This document shows positions 26,344 through 35,656 of a stretch of 39,037 bases of DNA, piece by piece. The notes beneath the pieces are model-generated. The model saw nothing but the letters and a program-made list of their open reading frames with translations. It was not told the origin of the DNA and did no database searches. This stretch comes from a virus (Duplodnaviria; Caudoviricetes), in IMG/VR virus record IMGVR_UViG_3300022695_000170, positions 1 through 39,037 of that record, one strand, 5' to 3'. Numbering within the stretch: position 1 is the first letter of the stretch; every line of letters begins with the position of its first letter. Made by a program: the position numbers and the translations under genes.

Positions 26344-26588
26344 TAATAGAACAAAAAGATATTGATTTTTTAAGAGTGATTGCTAATATGGTTGGAGATC
26401 CTAACTATGCAGATAAATTTTTAAGCGAACTTCTTACAAGAACAACTATATTTAACCATCTTATAGCAGCAATGGTTTTACAAGGAGATATAAAATTAGA
26501 GGGGTTAAATAGTATTATTGAATCTATTACTAAATTATTGGAAGATAAACAAAATGCAGAACCAAAAGATGGAAATGGAAAACATTAA
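26340..26588 (+). CDS. Hypothetical protein
   Basis: AAGGA RBS, 82 aa. Confidence 0.6.
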   Translation: MIIEQKDIDFLRVIANMVGDPNYADKFLSELLTRTTIFNHLIAAMVLQGDIKLEGLNSIIESITKLLEDKQNAEPKDGNGKH

Positions 26589-26736
26589 AATAAAACAAAA
26601 ATTAGAAAATGCTTTAATTGAAAGTTTAAAAGAATTAGGAGTTTTCCCTAACTCTGGTCACGGTGAAATAGTGATTAGAGTTTTCGAGGGGAAAATAACA
26701 ATTATAAAAAAAGTTGAATCAATTAAAATAATTTAG
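26554..26736 (+). CDS. DUF2292/YezD-like small protein
   Basis: HGEIVIRVFEGKITIIKKVESIK matches the [YFH]G.h.h.h.[DE]G.h..h...E.hK pattern. Confidence 0.6.
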   Translation: MQNQKMEMENIKIKQKLENALIESLKELGVFPNSGHGEIVIRVFEGKITIIKKVESIKII

Positions 26737-26836
26737 TTATATTCTAAAGGAATTATTTTTTAATATTAAAAATAGGTATTAAGCATAGACTTTAAAAATA
26801 AGTTTTAAATAAAAATAAATTAGTACCAAAACAATT

Positions 26837-26889
26837 GGGCTGGTTTTATTACTCCGCAAGGAATAAAATAAAATCAGCCCTTTTTTATT
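26837..26889 (+). terminator. Long-stem intrinsic terminator upstream of the scaffold/capsid genes
   Basis: 14-bp stem GGGCTGGTTTTATT/AATAAAATCAGCCC, apical TCC-GCAA-GGA tetraloop, then TTTTTTATT. Confidence 0.8.
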
Positions 26890-26917
26890 AATTATTTATA
26901 ATAAACGAGGTAACAAA

Positions 26918-27853
26918 ATGGCAAACGAAGAAAACACTCAAGAAGTTCAGGAACAAGTTGCTGATACTCTTACTGACAACACTCCCGAACCGACAGAACA
27001 AGTTGACGATAGCTTGCAGAATATCCAAGAATTTCTGAATTCTGGTAACGTAACGGTTAATACTACAAACGGGACTACAGAAGAACCTTCTAACAAAGAA
27101 GAAACTACAGAGAATACTACAGAAGAACCCGTAGAAAAACCTAAAGTTACAGAACCTACAGAAATTATAATTGACGATTCTATAATTGAGCGATATAATT
27201 CTTTAAAACCTTTGAAGGGAAAAACTATTGATGAAATAGGGAAATCTTACGAAGAGGCACGAAAAGAATTAACAAAAACTCAACAGGAATTAGCAAAACT
27301 TAAAAAAGAGACAATTGAAAATATCGACCCAATTGAAGACCCGGAAGGTTTCAAAAATCAAATTCTTGATGCAACTGAAAGTATTAAAGAAAAAGCTAAA
27401 GAGGAAGTTAAAGAGGAAGTTAAAGTTATAACTAAAGAGGAATTTGCCCGATTGAAAAAGGAAGAAGCTGAAACTAAAAAAGCGGTGCAAGATTTTTTAG
27501 ATGACTTTCAGAAATCATTACCGAATGGGGTCTTAATTGACAGTGCAATTGAATTATTCAAATCAAAAAATAAATTAACTGATAAGGACTTACGGTTTTA
27601 TAAATTAAATCCAGAGCGATTTAAAAAAGATGTTGTTATGGCAGTTGAGAATGAAATATTAAAAGAACAAATAGATGTTAAATCACGAAGTAAAGCTTAC
27701 GATATTTTACACGAAAATATAAGAAAATCTAAAAGTTCAGTAAATCAACCTGTTAATTCGCAAGTCCAATTTAAATCAGAAGATTTATCAGAGGAGGATA
27801 AACTTGTCAACGATGTTTTCGATTTGTCATTTGATGAAAACGATTGGAAATAA
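26918..27853 (+). CDS. Capsid scaffolding protein
   Basis: Acidic, disordered N-terminus; K.IDEI.KSYEEA.K.LT...QEL motif; lies directly before the capsid gene. Confidence 0.75.
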   Translation: MANEENTQEVQEQVADTLTDNTPEPTEQVDDSLQNIQEFLNSGNVTVNTTNGTTEEPSNKEETTENTTEEPVEKPKVTEPTEIIIDDSIIERYNSLKPLKGKTIDEIGKSYEEARKELTKTQQELAKLKKETIENIDPIEDPEGFKNQILDATESIKEKAKEEVKEEVKVITKEEFARLKKEEAETKKAVQDFLDDFQKSLPNGVLIDSAIELFKSKNKLTDKDLRFYKLNPERFKKDVVMAVENEILKEQIDVKSRSKAYDILHENIRKSKSSVNQPVNSQVQFKSEDLSEEDKLVNDVFDLSFDENDWK

Positions 27854-27868
27854 ATAAGAGGTAACAAA

Positions 27869-29041
27869 ATGGCAATAATTCAAGGAATCCGAGGCGCTGG
27901 GAATGGTCTCGCTGCAAATCAAAAACGGGATATATGGAAAACTTTAATGGTATTAAAACCTTATAATACTCCATTATCACAATTTATAATCTTCGGAAGG
28001 AAACCATCTAAACCGGTTTTTAATAAAACAGGTACATTTAGTTGGATGGAAGATACATTACTACCGCACGATACAACTACAACTGCGGCTATAACCGCTG
28101 TATCCGGACAATTAACTTTAAATGCAACAAATTGTGCCGATTTTTCAATATTTAATGTAGATGATTTAGTATTAATCACCGAAACATCAAAAATGGGTAT
28201 TGTAGTTTCAACTACTTCAACTACAGCGGTATTAGAAAATCCAGACGGAACGGCATTAACTGATTTAACATCGGGGCATTATATCACTATTTTAACTTCA
28301 ATGAACTCTGAGAATGCACTTCAAAGAACAGCTTATACAACTCAGGAAGTTGAAAAAACAAATCGTTTAACGATTATGTCAGATACAGTCTCGGTAACCA
28401 ATAGAGAGGAAGCAGGGCAATCATATACAAATGGTTTAAGTCTTGCGGAGCAAATACAAAAGAAAATGGAAGAAATGAAATTTCAATTTGAACGTCTTGC
28501 ACTTTTATCTTTAACATCAGGTCTTGCAACAACCACTGATTCAATGGTGAAATCGTGGGGGCAAGGAGCACTTGGAACGTTTACAACTCACGCATCCACC
28601 TATACAACTACTACTGAAGCAGGATTAGATACGTGGTTGGAGGCTGTGGGTAAACAAGGTTCTACTTCACGATTATTATTAGCAGGCTCAACTGTTTACT
28701 TTGATATTCAGAAGATAATTAAAGCGAAGTACGGTACTTTACCTACAAATCAAATAGTGAAAAAATATGGGGTTGATTTAACTACATATAAACACGGTTA
28801 TCTGAATGTTAATTTAGTTTACGACCCTGTCTTAGATGGTGAACATACTACAACTGCAATAGCTATTGATGTAGATAAATGTGTAGCAAGACATATGAAT
28901 AATGATTCGCATGGTTCAAGGAAATTTAGGATAGAGAGAAATGTGCAACCGCCTGGGGCTGATTATACTTCAACTAAATTACTACAAGATTTAGGTATTC
29001 AATTTATGAATGAAGAAACCGGCGGAGTATGGTCTAAATAA
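27869..29041 (+). CDS. Major capsid protein (DUF5309/SU10-like)
   Basis: 390 aa; P.NTPL, FSWMEDTL, TNRLTIM...V.VT, KKM.EMK...ER and YGVDLTTY motifs; position in the head module. Confidence 0.85.
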   Translation: MAIIQGIRGAGNGLAANQKRDIWKTLMVLKPYNTPLSQFIIFGRKPSKPVFNKTGTFSWMEDTLLPHDTTTTAAITAVSGQLTLNATNCADFSIFNVDDLVLITETSKMGIVVSTTSTTAVLENPDGTALTDLTSGHYITILTSMNSENALQRTAYTTQEVEKTNRLTIMSDTVSVTNREEAGQSYTNGLSLAEQIQKKMEEMKFQFERLALLSLTSGLATTTDSMVKSWGQGALGTFTTHASTYTTTTEAGLDTWLEAVGKQGSTSRLLLAGSTVYFDIQKIIKAKYGTLPTNQIVKKYGVDLTTYKHGYLNVNLVYDPVLDGEHTTTAIAIDVDKCVARHMNNDSHGSRKFRIERNVQPPGADYTSTKLLQDLGIQFMNEETGGVWSK

Positions 29042-29046
29042 TAAAT

Positions 29047-29068
29047 AAGGGGGGATCTCCCCCTTTTT
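29047..29068 (+). terminator. Intrinsic terminator after the capsid gene
   Basis: AAGGGGG-GATCT-CCCCCTTTTT. Confidence 0.85.
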
Positions 29069-29084
29069 AAAAAGGAGTTAAACA

Positions 29085-29474
29085 ATGACTAAATATTATT
29101 CAAAACACAGAGAATTACAAATCCAAATAGGTAGAAAGATAATTAAATTCCGTCCGGAAGGTGCAGCGGGAGTTTTTGAGACTGATGATGAGAAAATAAT
29201 CAAAGCATTAGAATCAAATCCGCATTTCAATAAAGATAATCAAGGAGGATTTTTCAAAGGTTCTGTCCATTCTTCGCAAACTAATGTAGTACACGGAACA
29301 CGAGGTGCATTGATGCACGAACCTAAAGAAGATAAGAATGAATTAATTAATTTATTTAAAGAATATGAAAAACTCAAAGCGGAAGTTTTAAAAGTTAATG
29401 GTGAGTTTAAAACTGATGTTACAGATGAATTAAAAGCAAAATTCAACGAACTTAAAATGAGAATATACGAATGA
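29085..29474 (+). CDS. Hypothetical head-module protein
   Basis: AAGGAG RBS; F...G..GVFETDDEKII.ALE..P.F motif. Confidence 0.65.
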   Translation: MTKYYSKHRELQIQIGRKIIKFRPEGAAGVFETDDEKIIKALESNPHFNKDNQGGFFKGSVHSSQTNVVHGTRGALMHEPKEDKNELINLFKEYEKLKAEVLKVNGEFKTDVTDELKAKFNELKMRIYE

Positions 29475-30064
29475 CCACAGCGCAGATGTTAACAAATGTT
29501 CGTACTCTATTAGACGAGACTGTCGAAGGGACTTGGTTAGATACGGAAATCTATCGGGCATTATCGAATGGACAAATTGCGATTATTAATTTACTGATGG
29601 CGATTTATAGAATTCATAATAAATTGCCATCGGTTCTAATTAATTTAATAGTTGAGACAACTGCTACGACTGATACAAATGGAGAAGTCCCATTACCTGC
29701 CGATTTTTTAGATTTTATTAATGCAGAAACTTCTACAGGAACTCCTATTTATTATATTAAAGAAATAGAATATTTTAGAGAATCAAATACTTATTTAAAA
29801 AGTTCTACTACTAATCCAACTGTGAGGTTAAAATCAAATTTAGAATTTTCATTAATTAGTACGGGAATTACTTATAGTTATATAAGACAACCTCAAGATA
29901 TAACCTCAACTATAACTTCATATACAGAACCGGAATTATTACCAAGCGCCCATCCGGCAATAGTTTTATATGCTTTTAGTGAAATGTTAAAGAAAATAGA
30001 ACGTGTTCAAGAATCAACAATAAATTTTAAAGAATTTATACAATTGATACAAAAATTAATTTAA
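29471..30064 (+). CDS. Head-tail adaptor/ring protein 1
   Basis: MTTAQMLTNVRTLLDE...W.D.EI...LSNGQ; LPADFL; Y.RQP; EPEL...AH.AIV.YA. Confidence 0.7.
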   Translation: MTTAQMLTNVRTLLDETVEGTWLDTEIYRALSNGQIAIINLLMAIYRIHNKLPSVLINLIVETTATTDTNGEVPLPADFLDFINAETSTGTPIYYIKEIEYFRESNTYLKSSTTNPTVRLKSNLEFSLISTGITYSYIRQPQDITSTITSYTEPELLPSAHPAIVLYAFSEMLKKIERVQESTINFKEFIQLIQKLI

Positions 30065-30077
30065 TTAGAGGAATATA

Positions 30078-30737
30078 ATGGCAACATTAAAAGAATTAAG
30101 AGACCAAATTAAGATTGACGCAGGACTTCTTGGTAATAATAATTTTCCTGACCCACGTTTAAATAGAATGATAAATTTGGCTCAAAGATATGTACAAATC
30201 CAATTAAATGGATTAGGGATGAAAAAATGGGAAACATCTATTACCCCAACTCTAAGTCCCAGTACTTATGCAGGGAATACATTAGCAACTTTCTCAATGT
30301 CAAGTTTGACAAATGTTTCGGAAAGTCCTAAATCGGTTTTACAAATAGATTGTAGTGACGGTACTTCAGCGGGTATTGCAAGAGAAGTATCACCGGATAA
30401 TTTTGAAGAAATTCTTCAAAATACCTATTCTCCTCCTTCAGTAACACAACCTCGATTTATGCGACTGGGAGGGATAGTTTTTATAGCGCCTTCTACAATT
30501 ACAACCGCAAATGTTTATTATTATAAAGTTGTGGCTGATATGGTAGCTGATACTGACCTTACTGAAATACCAATGGAATTTGAAAGATTTATTATTTCAA
30601 AAGCAGTTAATGAAATTTATAGAATTCAAAATAAAGCGGCTAAATCCGAAGGTGAATTAGACCAGGAAATTCAAACTGCTTATGAAAAGTTTTTAATACG
30701 TGAAAAGCAAGAAGAAAATTCCGAAACATTGCAATAA
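30078..30737 (+). CDS. Head-tail adaptor/ring protein 2
   Basis: Paralogous layout: MATLKELRDQI...RMINLAQR...YY...D....D.TEIP.EF. Confidence 0.7.
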   Translation: MATLKELRDQIKIDAGLLGNNNFPDPRLNRMINLAQRYVQIQLNGLGMKKWETSITPTLSPSTYAGNTLATFSMSSLTNVSESPKSVLQIDCSDGTSAGIAREVSPDNFEEILQNTYSPPSVTQPRFMRLGGIVFIAPSTITTANVYYYKVVADMVADTDLTEIPMEFERFIISKAVNEIYRIQNKAAKSEGELDQEIQTAYEKFLIREKQEENSETLQ

Positions 30738-30762
30738 AGTTTTATAAGGTTTAAGGTATAAA

Positions 30763-31398
30763 ATGACATATAGAGAATTAATTGATTCGATAATCATAAG
30801 AGTTAAAACAATATCTTTAAGTAGAGGTTTACCTTATGTGAGGATTGAAGATCCTATATATTCTCATTGGATTTCACAGGCTGAAAGTGAAATTCAATTA
30901 AGAACAATGGCTTTAATCTCTAATAAAACCAAAAAACTAATAGAGGATAATAATATTTTAGGATTACCAAAGGATTTTGGTAAAATCCTAAATTTGGTTA
31001 TTGATAATGAGGAAATTGACTATATAAATCCAAGAGATTTTCAAGTATTATCAGATTCTACAACGAGATATACAATTTATCCTTCCGATTCTACGGGAAT
31101 AGTTTATGATGTTAATTGGACTGATGATTCAAATAAAAGAATAGTTGTTTATCCTCCTTTAAAAGCAGGGACTGAAATTAAACTTAATTATTATCCTTTG
31201 ATTCTTGATTTTCAAGATACGTTATTAAGTTTAGATTCAACAATCCAATTACCATTGGATTACTATACATTAATTGAAAATAAAGTTTTAAGTTATTTAT
31301 TCCCTGATTTTCTTGGGTTATATGAAAATGAAGTAAGAAGGTTAAGAGAATATCAAGGGGTAACGCCAATTGAGACAATTGAAGGTGAATTAGGATGA
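30763..31398 (+). CDS. Head-tail adaptor/ring protein 3
   Basis: Paralogous layout: MTYRELIDSI...WISQAE...LPKDF...VYPP...YYP...LP.DY. Confidence 0.7.
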   Translation: MTYRELIDSIIIRVKTISLSRGLPYVRIEDPIYSHWISQAESEIQLRTMALISNKTKKLIEDNNILGLPKDFGKILNLVIDNEEIDYINPRDFQVLSDSTTRYTIYPSDSTGIVYDVNWTDDSNKRIVVYPPLKAGTEIKLNYYPLILDFQDTLLSLDSTIQLPLDYYTLIENKVLSYLFPDFLGLYENEVRRLREYQGVTPIETIEGELG

Positions 31399-33668
31399 AT
31401 CTATTCAAAATAGATGGTATTACACGAGTAAATCAATTTGAAGATCCTACTAAATTAAAAGATACTGAAGTAACGGTTCTTGAAAATATGGTTTTAAATA
31501 TTCAAGGCAATAAAGCTATTAAACGAGGCGCAATAGAATTTAATATCTATGGAACAGCAGGGACAGGAGATGTGGGTAAGTTATATCCTACTCGTTTAAA
31601 TAATATTGATTATTTACTTGCTGCAATTGGAACAAAATTAAGAGTTTATAATGGTAGTTGGTCAGATATACCTGGTATTACATTAAGTAATACTGAATTA
31701 CGCCTCCAAACATATTTAAATTCTATATTCTTTTGTAATGGCGAAGACTCTCCAATGAGAACAGATTTAAATACTTCAACTACATTAGAAATCCAAAAAC
31801 CTGATGTAAGAGGAATTGATAATTACCATATAAGCGGAGGAAGTTTAACTAATGATGTGCGTTATAGATATAGAATAGCATATTTAACAGATTTAGGGGA
31901 AGAATCCGAACCGAGTTTACCATTTACTCATTATATTTCAACATCACCTTACAATTCTACCGATTCTACTTATAGAACTTTAAAATTTGTCTTACCGGCA
32001 AGTACAGACCCACGAGTAAAATCAATTGTAATTTATCGTACTGCTGCTAATGGTGAAGTTTATTATTTCCATTCAATTATTGATAATAAAACAACTGCCT
32101 GGATTGATAATAAAGCCGATTCGGATTTATTAACTTCAGAACAACCAAATTATACTAAAATCCCATCAATGGCAGATTATATGACATTTCATAAAGAAAG
32201 ATTATGGTTAGCGGCTGTGGAAGAAACATCAAAAATATTTACTGCCCCAAATGAATACTTGGCAGCAAGTACAACCTCCGGCTCCGATATTGGAGGTTAT
32301 ACGTGGGAAATGGTCGTAACTACAGGAACTTCTACTTTAGACATAGGAGATTATCAATGGGGTATTACATTTATAGATAAAAACGGGGTTGAAAGCGATA
32401 TTGTATATTCCGGTATTAGCACCCTAACTACCGTGAATGGTGAATTTTTCACAGCACAAAATATTCCTACATTTAATTATGTAAAAGATTTAGATATAAT
32501 TAAATGCAAAGTTTATCGTACAAAAGCTAATGGGAGTGTGTTTTATTATCATCCTACTTTAACAGATGAGATTAATTCTTTCCCAGACCCTCTTTCAAAT
32601 ACTTATACTGATAAAACAGGTGATAGTGGATTATCCACTACAGTTTATTCACCTGCAACCGTTCAATATGATTCAGCAATTGTTTATAGTGAACCTGGTC
32701 AGCCGGCTAATATTAAAGCAATAAGTATAATACAAATTTTCCCCGATGATGGAGATAAAATAACAGGAATTTTTGATGATTATAATGGTGTGATAGTTTT
32801 TAAAGAAAATTCAATTTGTAAAATTTATGTTGATGGTACTCCAACGAGTTGGCGAGTAGTTAAATTAGTTCAGAAAATAGGTTGTACTTTATGGAAATCA
32901 CTTCTTAAAATAGGTACTCAATATTATTTTGCTCAATTTAATAAAATTTATAAATATTCATCTAATTTAGATTTTCCAATAAGTTTACCTATTGACCCTG
33001 ATATGGAATTATTCTTGCCTTCTATTAAAGATGTAGCTTATTCTAAAGATAATAAATGGTATATGATTTTATTAACCGACCAAGATTATGATGCAGTTTT
33101 ATTAGTTTATGATGAAATTATAGGGACTTGGTATAAATTTATTTTTTCTTCTCAAGTCCTAAATTCAATTGCAGAAATTAAAACCGGCACTTATGAAGGG
33201 AAAGTAATATTTGGAGGGACAAATGTTGTTTTAGAATACAATAAAAATGCTGATTTAGATTATTCAGGTAGTGATAATTCGATAGAAATATTATGTAAGT
33301 TAAAGAGTAAAATATTCCAAAGTCCCTCCAATTCACTCTCGATAAGAGGAATAAAAATCTTATCAAAATATAATAAAAAAGCTACTCAAGCTGTTTCGCA
33401 GAAACTTTATGCAGATGGTTCTATAGCCGTCTATGATGATGTATATAATAGTGGAATAACTTATAGGACATTATCAACAATGCAAACAACGTCAGGGAAT
33501 TTTAAAACTCATACAACTAATTTACAATATGAAATTGAGGGAATGGGATTGAAAGAATTTTATAATACTGAAATTCAATATTATTTAACACCACGTAAAC
33601 CAAGTTATACTATAGAAGAAGATAATAAAAAAGTTCAATTAGTAAAAAATGATTTAGTTTTATCATGA
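31395..33668 (+). CDS. Tail nozzle / tail tubular protein B-like, with two inserted beta-sandwich repeats
   Basis: 757 aa, beta-rich; F.NGEDSP, FHKERLW, YSEPG.P, DDGDKITG, VIVFKENS; duplicated units YRYRIAYL...GEES...IYRTAANG and YQWGITFI...GVES...VYRTKANG. Confidence 0.75.
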   Translation: MNLFKIDGITRVNQFEDPTKLKDTEVTVLENMVLNIQGNKAIKRGAIEFNIYGTAGTGDVGKLYPTRLNNIDYLLAAIGTKLRVYNGSWSDIPGITLSNTELRLQTYLNSIFFCNGEDSPMRTDLNTSTTLEIQKPDVRGIDNYHISGGSLTNDVRYRYRIAYLTDLGEESEPSLPFTHYISTSPYNSTDSTYRTLKFVLPASTDPRVKSIVIYRTAANGEVYYFHSIIDNKTTAWIDNKADSDLLTSEQPNYTKIPSMADYMTFHKERLWLAAVEETSKIFTAPNEYLAASTTSGSDIGGYTWEMVVTTGTSTLDIGDYQWGITFIDKNGVESDIVYSGISTLTTVNGEFFTAQNIPTFNYVKDLDIIKCKVYRTKANGSVFYYHPTLTDEINSFPDPLSNTYTDKTGDSGLSTTVYSPATVQYDSAIVYSEPGQPANIKAISIIQIFPDDGDKITGIFDDYNGVIVFKENSICKIYVDGTPTSWRVVKLVQKIGCTLWKSLLKIGTQYYFAQFNKIYKYSSNLDFPISLPIDPDMELFLPSIKDVAYSKDNKWYMILLTDQDYDAVLLVYDEIIGTWYKFIFSSQVLNSIAEIKTGTYEGKVIFGGTNVVLEYNKNADLDYSGSDNSIEILCKLKSKIFQSPSNSLSIRGIKILSKYNKKATQAVSQKLYADGSIAVYDDVYNSGITYRTLSTMQTTSGNFKTHTTNLQYEIEGMGLKEFYNTEIQYYLTPRKPSYTIEEDNKKVQLVKNDLVLS

Positions 33669-33778
33669 CTGAAAGCGAATATAATGAACTATTAGAAAAA
33701 TTAAGGAATGAATTTCAACCCCGAATGGAATTATTAGATAATAAAAAAGCTCAATTAGTAAAAAATGATTTAGTTTTA
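33620..33778 (+). repeat. 43-bp direct repeat (33620-33662 and 33736-33778, one mismatch)
   Basis: agataataaaaaag(t/c)tcaattagtaaaaaatgatttagtttta, encoding DNKK[VA]QLVKNDLVL in two adjacent genes. Confidence 0.9.
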
Positions 33779-33880
33779 CCGGATATAAATACAGTTAATG
33801 ATTTTACAACAATTTCATTTATTGAAAAAGGTGTAAGATACTTTTATCAAGCAGTTAATGGACAATGGATTAAGAGGTGA
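33665..33880 (+). CDS. Small tail-associated protein
   Basis: Overlaps the nozzle stop; ends YFYQAVNGQWIK. Confidence 0.6.
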   Translation: MTESEYNELLEKLRNEFQPRMELLDNKKAQLVKNDLVLPDINTVNDFTTISFIEKGVRYFYQAVNGQWIKR

Positions 33881-33884
33881 TATA

Positions 33885-34580
33885 ATGTTAAATAACTTTT
33901 TCATAAAACAACCAGGTTCTGACCAAGTTTTTGGGAATACAGGATGGGGAAGCCCAAATATAGGAGGACAAAAAATTCAAAACCTTTTGGGTGCTTATCA
34001 AGGACTAAACGCAGGGACAAATACTTACAATCATCCTAAAACCGCATCAGACTCGTTGCAGAATAATCAATTTATACAAGAATTTCTACGAGGATTAGTT
34101 AGTGGCGATAATGGGCTTTATTCTAAGCAACGACAAGTTGCAACTTCGGATATTAATCAAGTATTTGACAGGAATAGAAGATATGCAAGTGAGAATTTAG
34201 CACAAAGTGGTTTATCGAGAAGTGGAATAGGTTCTGTCATAAGTTCAATGTTGGCAGGACAGCAAGCAAATGCAATTGCTAAATCTGATGTGAATATCGG
34301 TCAAAATCAATTAAATGCAAAACAAAGAGCAATCCAACAGTTATTAGGTTTAGATTCTGAAAGTCTTCAAGCTAATTTAGGACAACAGCGAATTGGTTTA
34401 GGACAACAGAATATTGATTTAGGACGTTCAAAATTAGAGGAATTAAAAAGAGAATATAATGACCAATCAACATTTAATTTTTGGCGAGATGCTTTCCCAG
34501 GTATTATGAAATTGGGAGGAAGTATAGCACTTGCACCTGTAACAGGCGGGGGCAGTTTAATTGGGGATTTCTTATCATAA
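33885..34580 (+). CDS. Internal virion (ejection) protein
   Basis: Q/N/G/S-rich; LAQSGLSRSGIG motif; hydrophobic Gly-rich C-terminus; GAGGTGA RBS before 33885. Confidence 0.65.
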   Translation: MLNNFFIKQPGSDQVFGNTGWGSPNIGGQKIQNLLGAYQGLNAGTNTYNHPKTASDSLQNNQFIQEFLRGLVSGDNGLYSKQRQVATSDINQVFDRNRRYASENLAQSGLSRSGIGSVISSMLAGQQANAIAKSDVNIGQNQLNAKQRAIQQLLGLDSESLQANLGQQRIGLGQQNIDLGRSKLEELKREYNDQSTFNFWRDAFPGIMKLGGSIALAPVTGGGSLIGDFLS

Positions 34581-35641
34581 TGGCTAAGGGATATGGAGCA
34601 TATAACCAAGCTTTTGCTGATATAGGCAAAATGATTGCCAATGCAATTACAAGGCATTCTAATTATCAGGATAAAGTTAATACAGACTTTAATAAATTTA
34701 TGGCTCAAGATTGGGCAAATAAACAAAAAGATTTATTAAATCAACAAAAAACTATATCAAATCAAGAACAAGACATTCGAAACAGTTCAATTGTTTCAGC
34801 TTTAATTAATGGGACAGCAACACCACAATCAAAAGCAGAAGCATATTCACAATTACCATCTCAATATCAAAAAAGATATAATGATTATTTGAAAGGGATG
34901 AAATTATTCACTCCTCCGAAACCTAAAACAAAATATTTATATCCTTCACGTAGTAAAAAAATAATTAAAATGACTAACGGAGTGATGTCTTTTACAAACA
35001 ATCCTAATTTAACTTACGACCCTAACACTGATAAAGTTAAAGGATATTATACAAAAAGTTATTTAAATAAATCAGATGCTTTATTTAATCATTCATTACA
35101 ACAATTAATATATTATAAAACTGCTTTGAATGAATTCAAAAAGACTTATCCGAATTTTAAACCTTTAACCCCACAGGAATATGCTAATTTAGGGGGAATG
35201 ACTAAAACGATTGATGAAAAGACCGGCAAAATCAAATTAATCCCCAATCGGATAGTTGGGAATAAATTAAGAAAATATTATGATAAAATATATCCACAAT
35301 ATAAAGCAATTGAGAAATCACAAATTCAAGCTGAAGCGGCAAAAAAAGGTTTTATATCATTTACAGAACAGGGGTTAGCCCCTTCGGATGTTGCAGCATT
35401 AAATGCTGTCGATGCAAAATTAAATGATACTTTGCAAAATTTAAAAAACGAAGGTAAAACTATATCTAAAAAAGATAAAGCTGAATTAGCCGCACAAAAT
35501 TATCTTTTTTTATCAAAGAAACTTAAACTAAAAGATAAACGAATTTTAGGAGATTATTTCTTTGCAAAATATGGCTATCCTCTAAATCAGACTAAAGTAT
35601 ATCAAAAAATAGTTCAAGAAACATTAAATAGTTACAAATAA
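34580..35641 (+). CDS. Internal virion (ejection) protein
   Basis: TAATG overlap gives the start MAKGYGAYNQAF; helical; lies between two other ejection-like genes. Confidence 0.6.
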   Translation: MAKGYGAYNQAFADIGKMIANAITRHSNYQDKVNTDFNKFMAQDWANKQKDLLNQQKTISNQEQDIRNSSIVSALINGTATPQSKAEAYSQLPSQYQKRYNDYLKGMKLFTPPKPKTKYLYPSRSKKIIKMTNGVMSFTNNPNLTYDPNTDKVKGYYTKSYLNKSDALFNHSLQQLIYYKTALNEFKKTYPNFKPLTPQEYANLGGMTKTIDEKTGKIKLIPNRIVGNKLRKYYDKIYPQYKAIEKSQIQAEAAKKGFISFTEQGLAPSDVAALNAVDAKLNDTLQNLKNEGKTISKKDKAELAAQNYLFLSKKLKLKDKRILGDYFFAKYGYPLNQTKVYQKIVQETLNSYK

Positions 35642-35656
35642 ACAGTTATAAATAAG

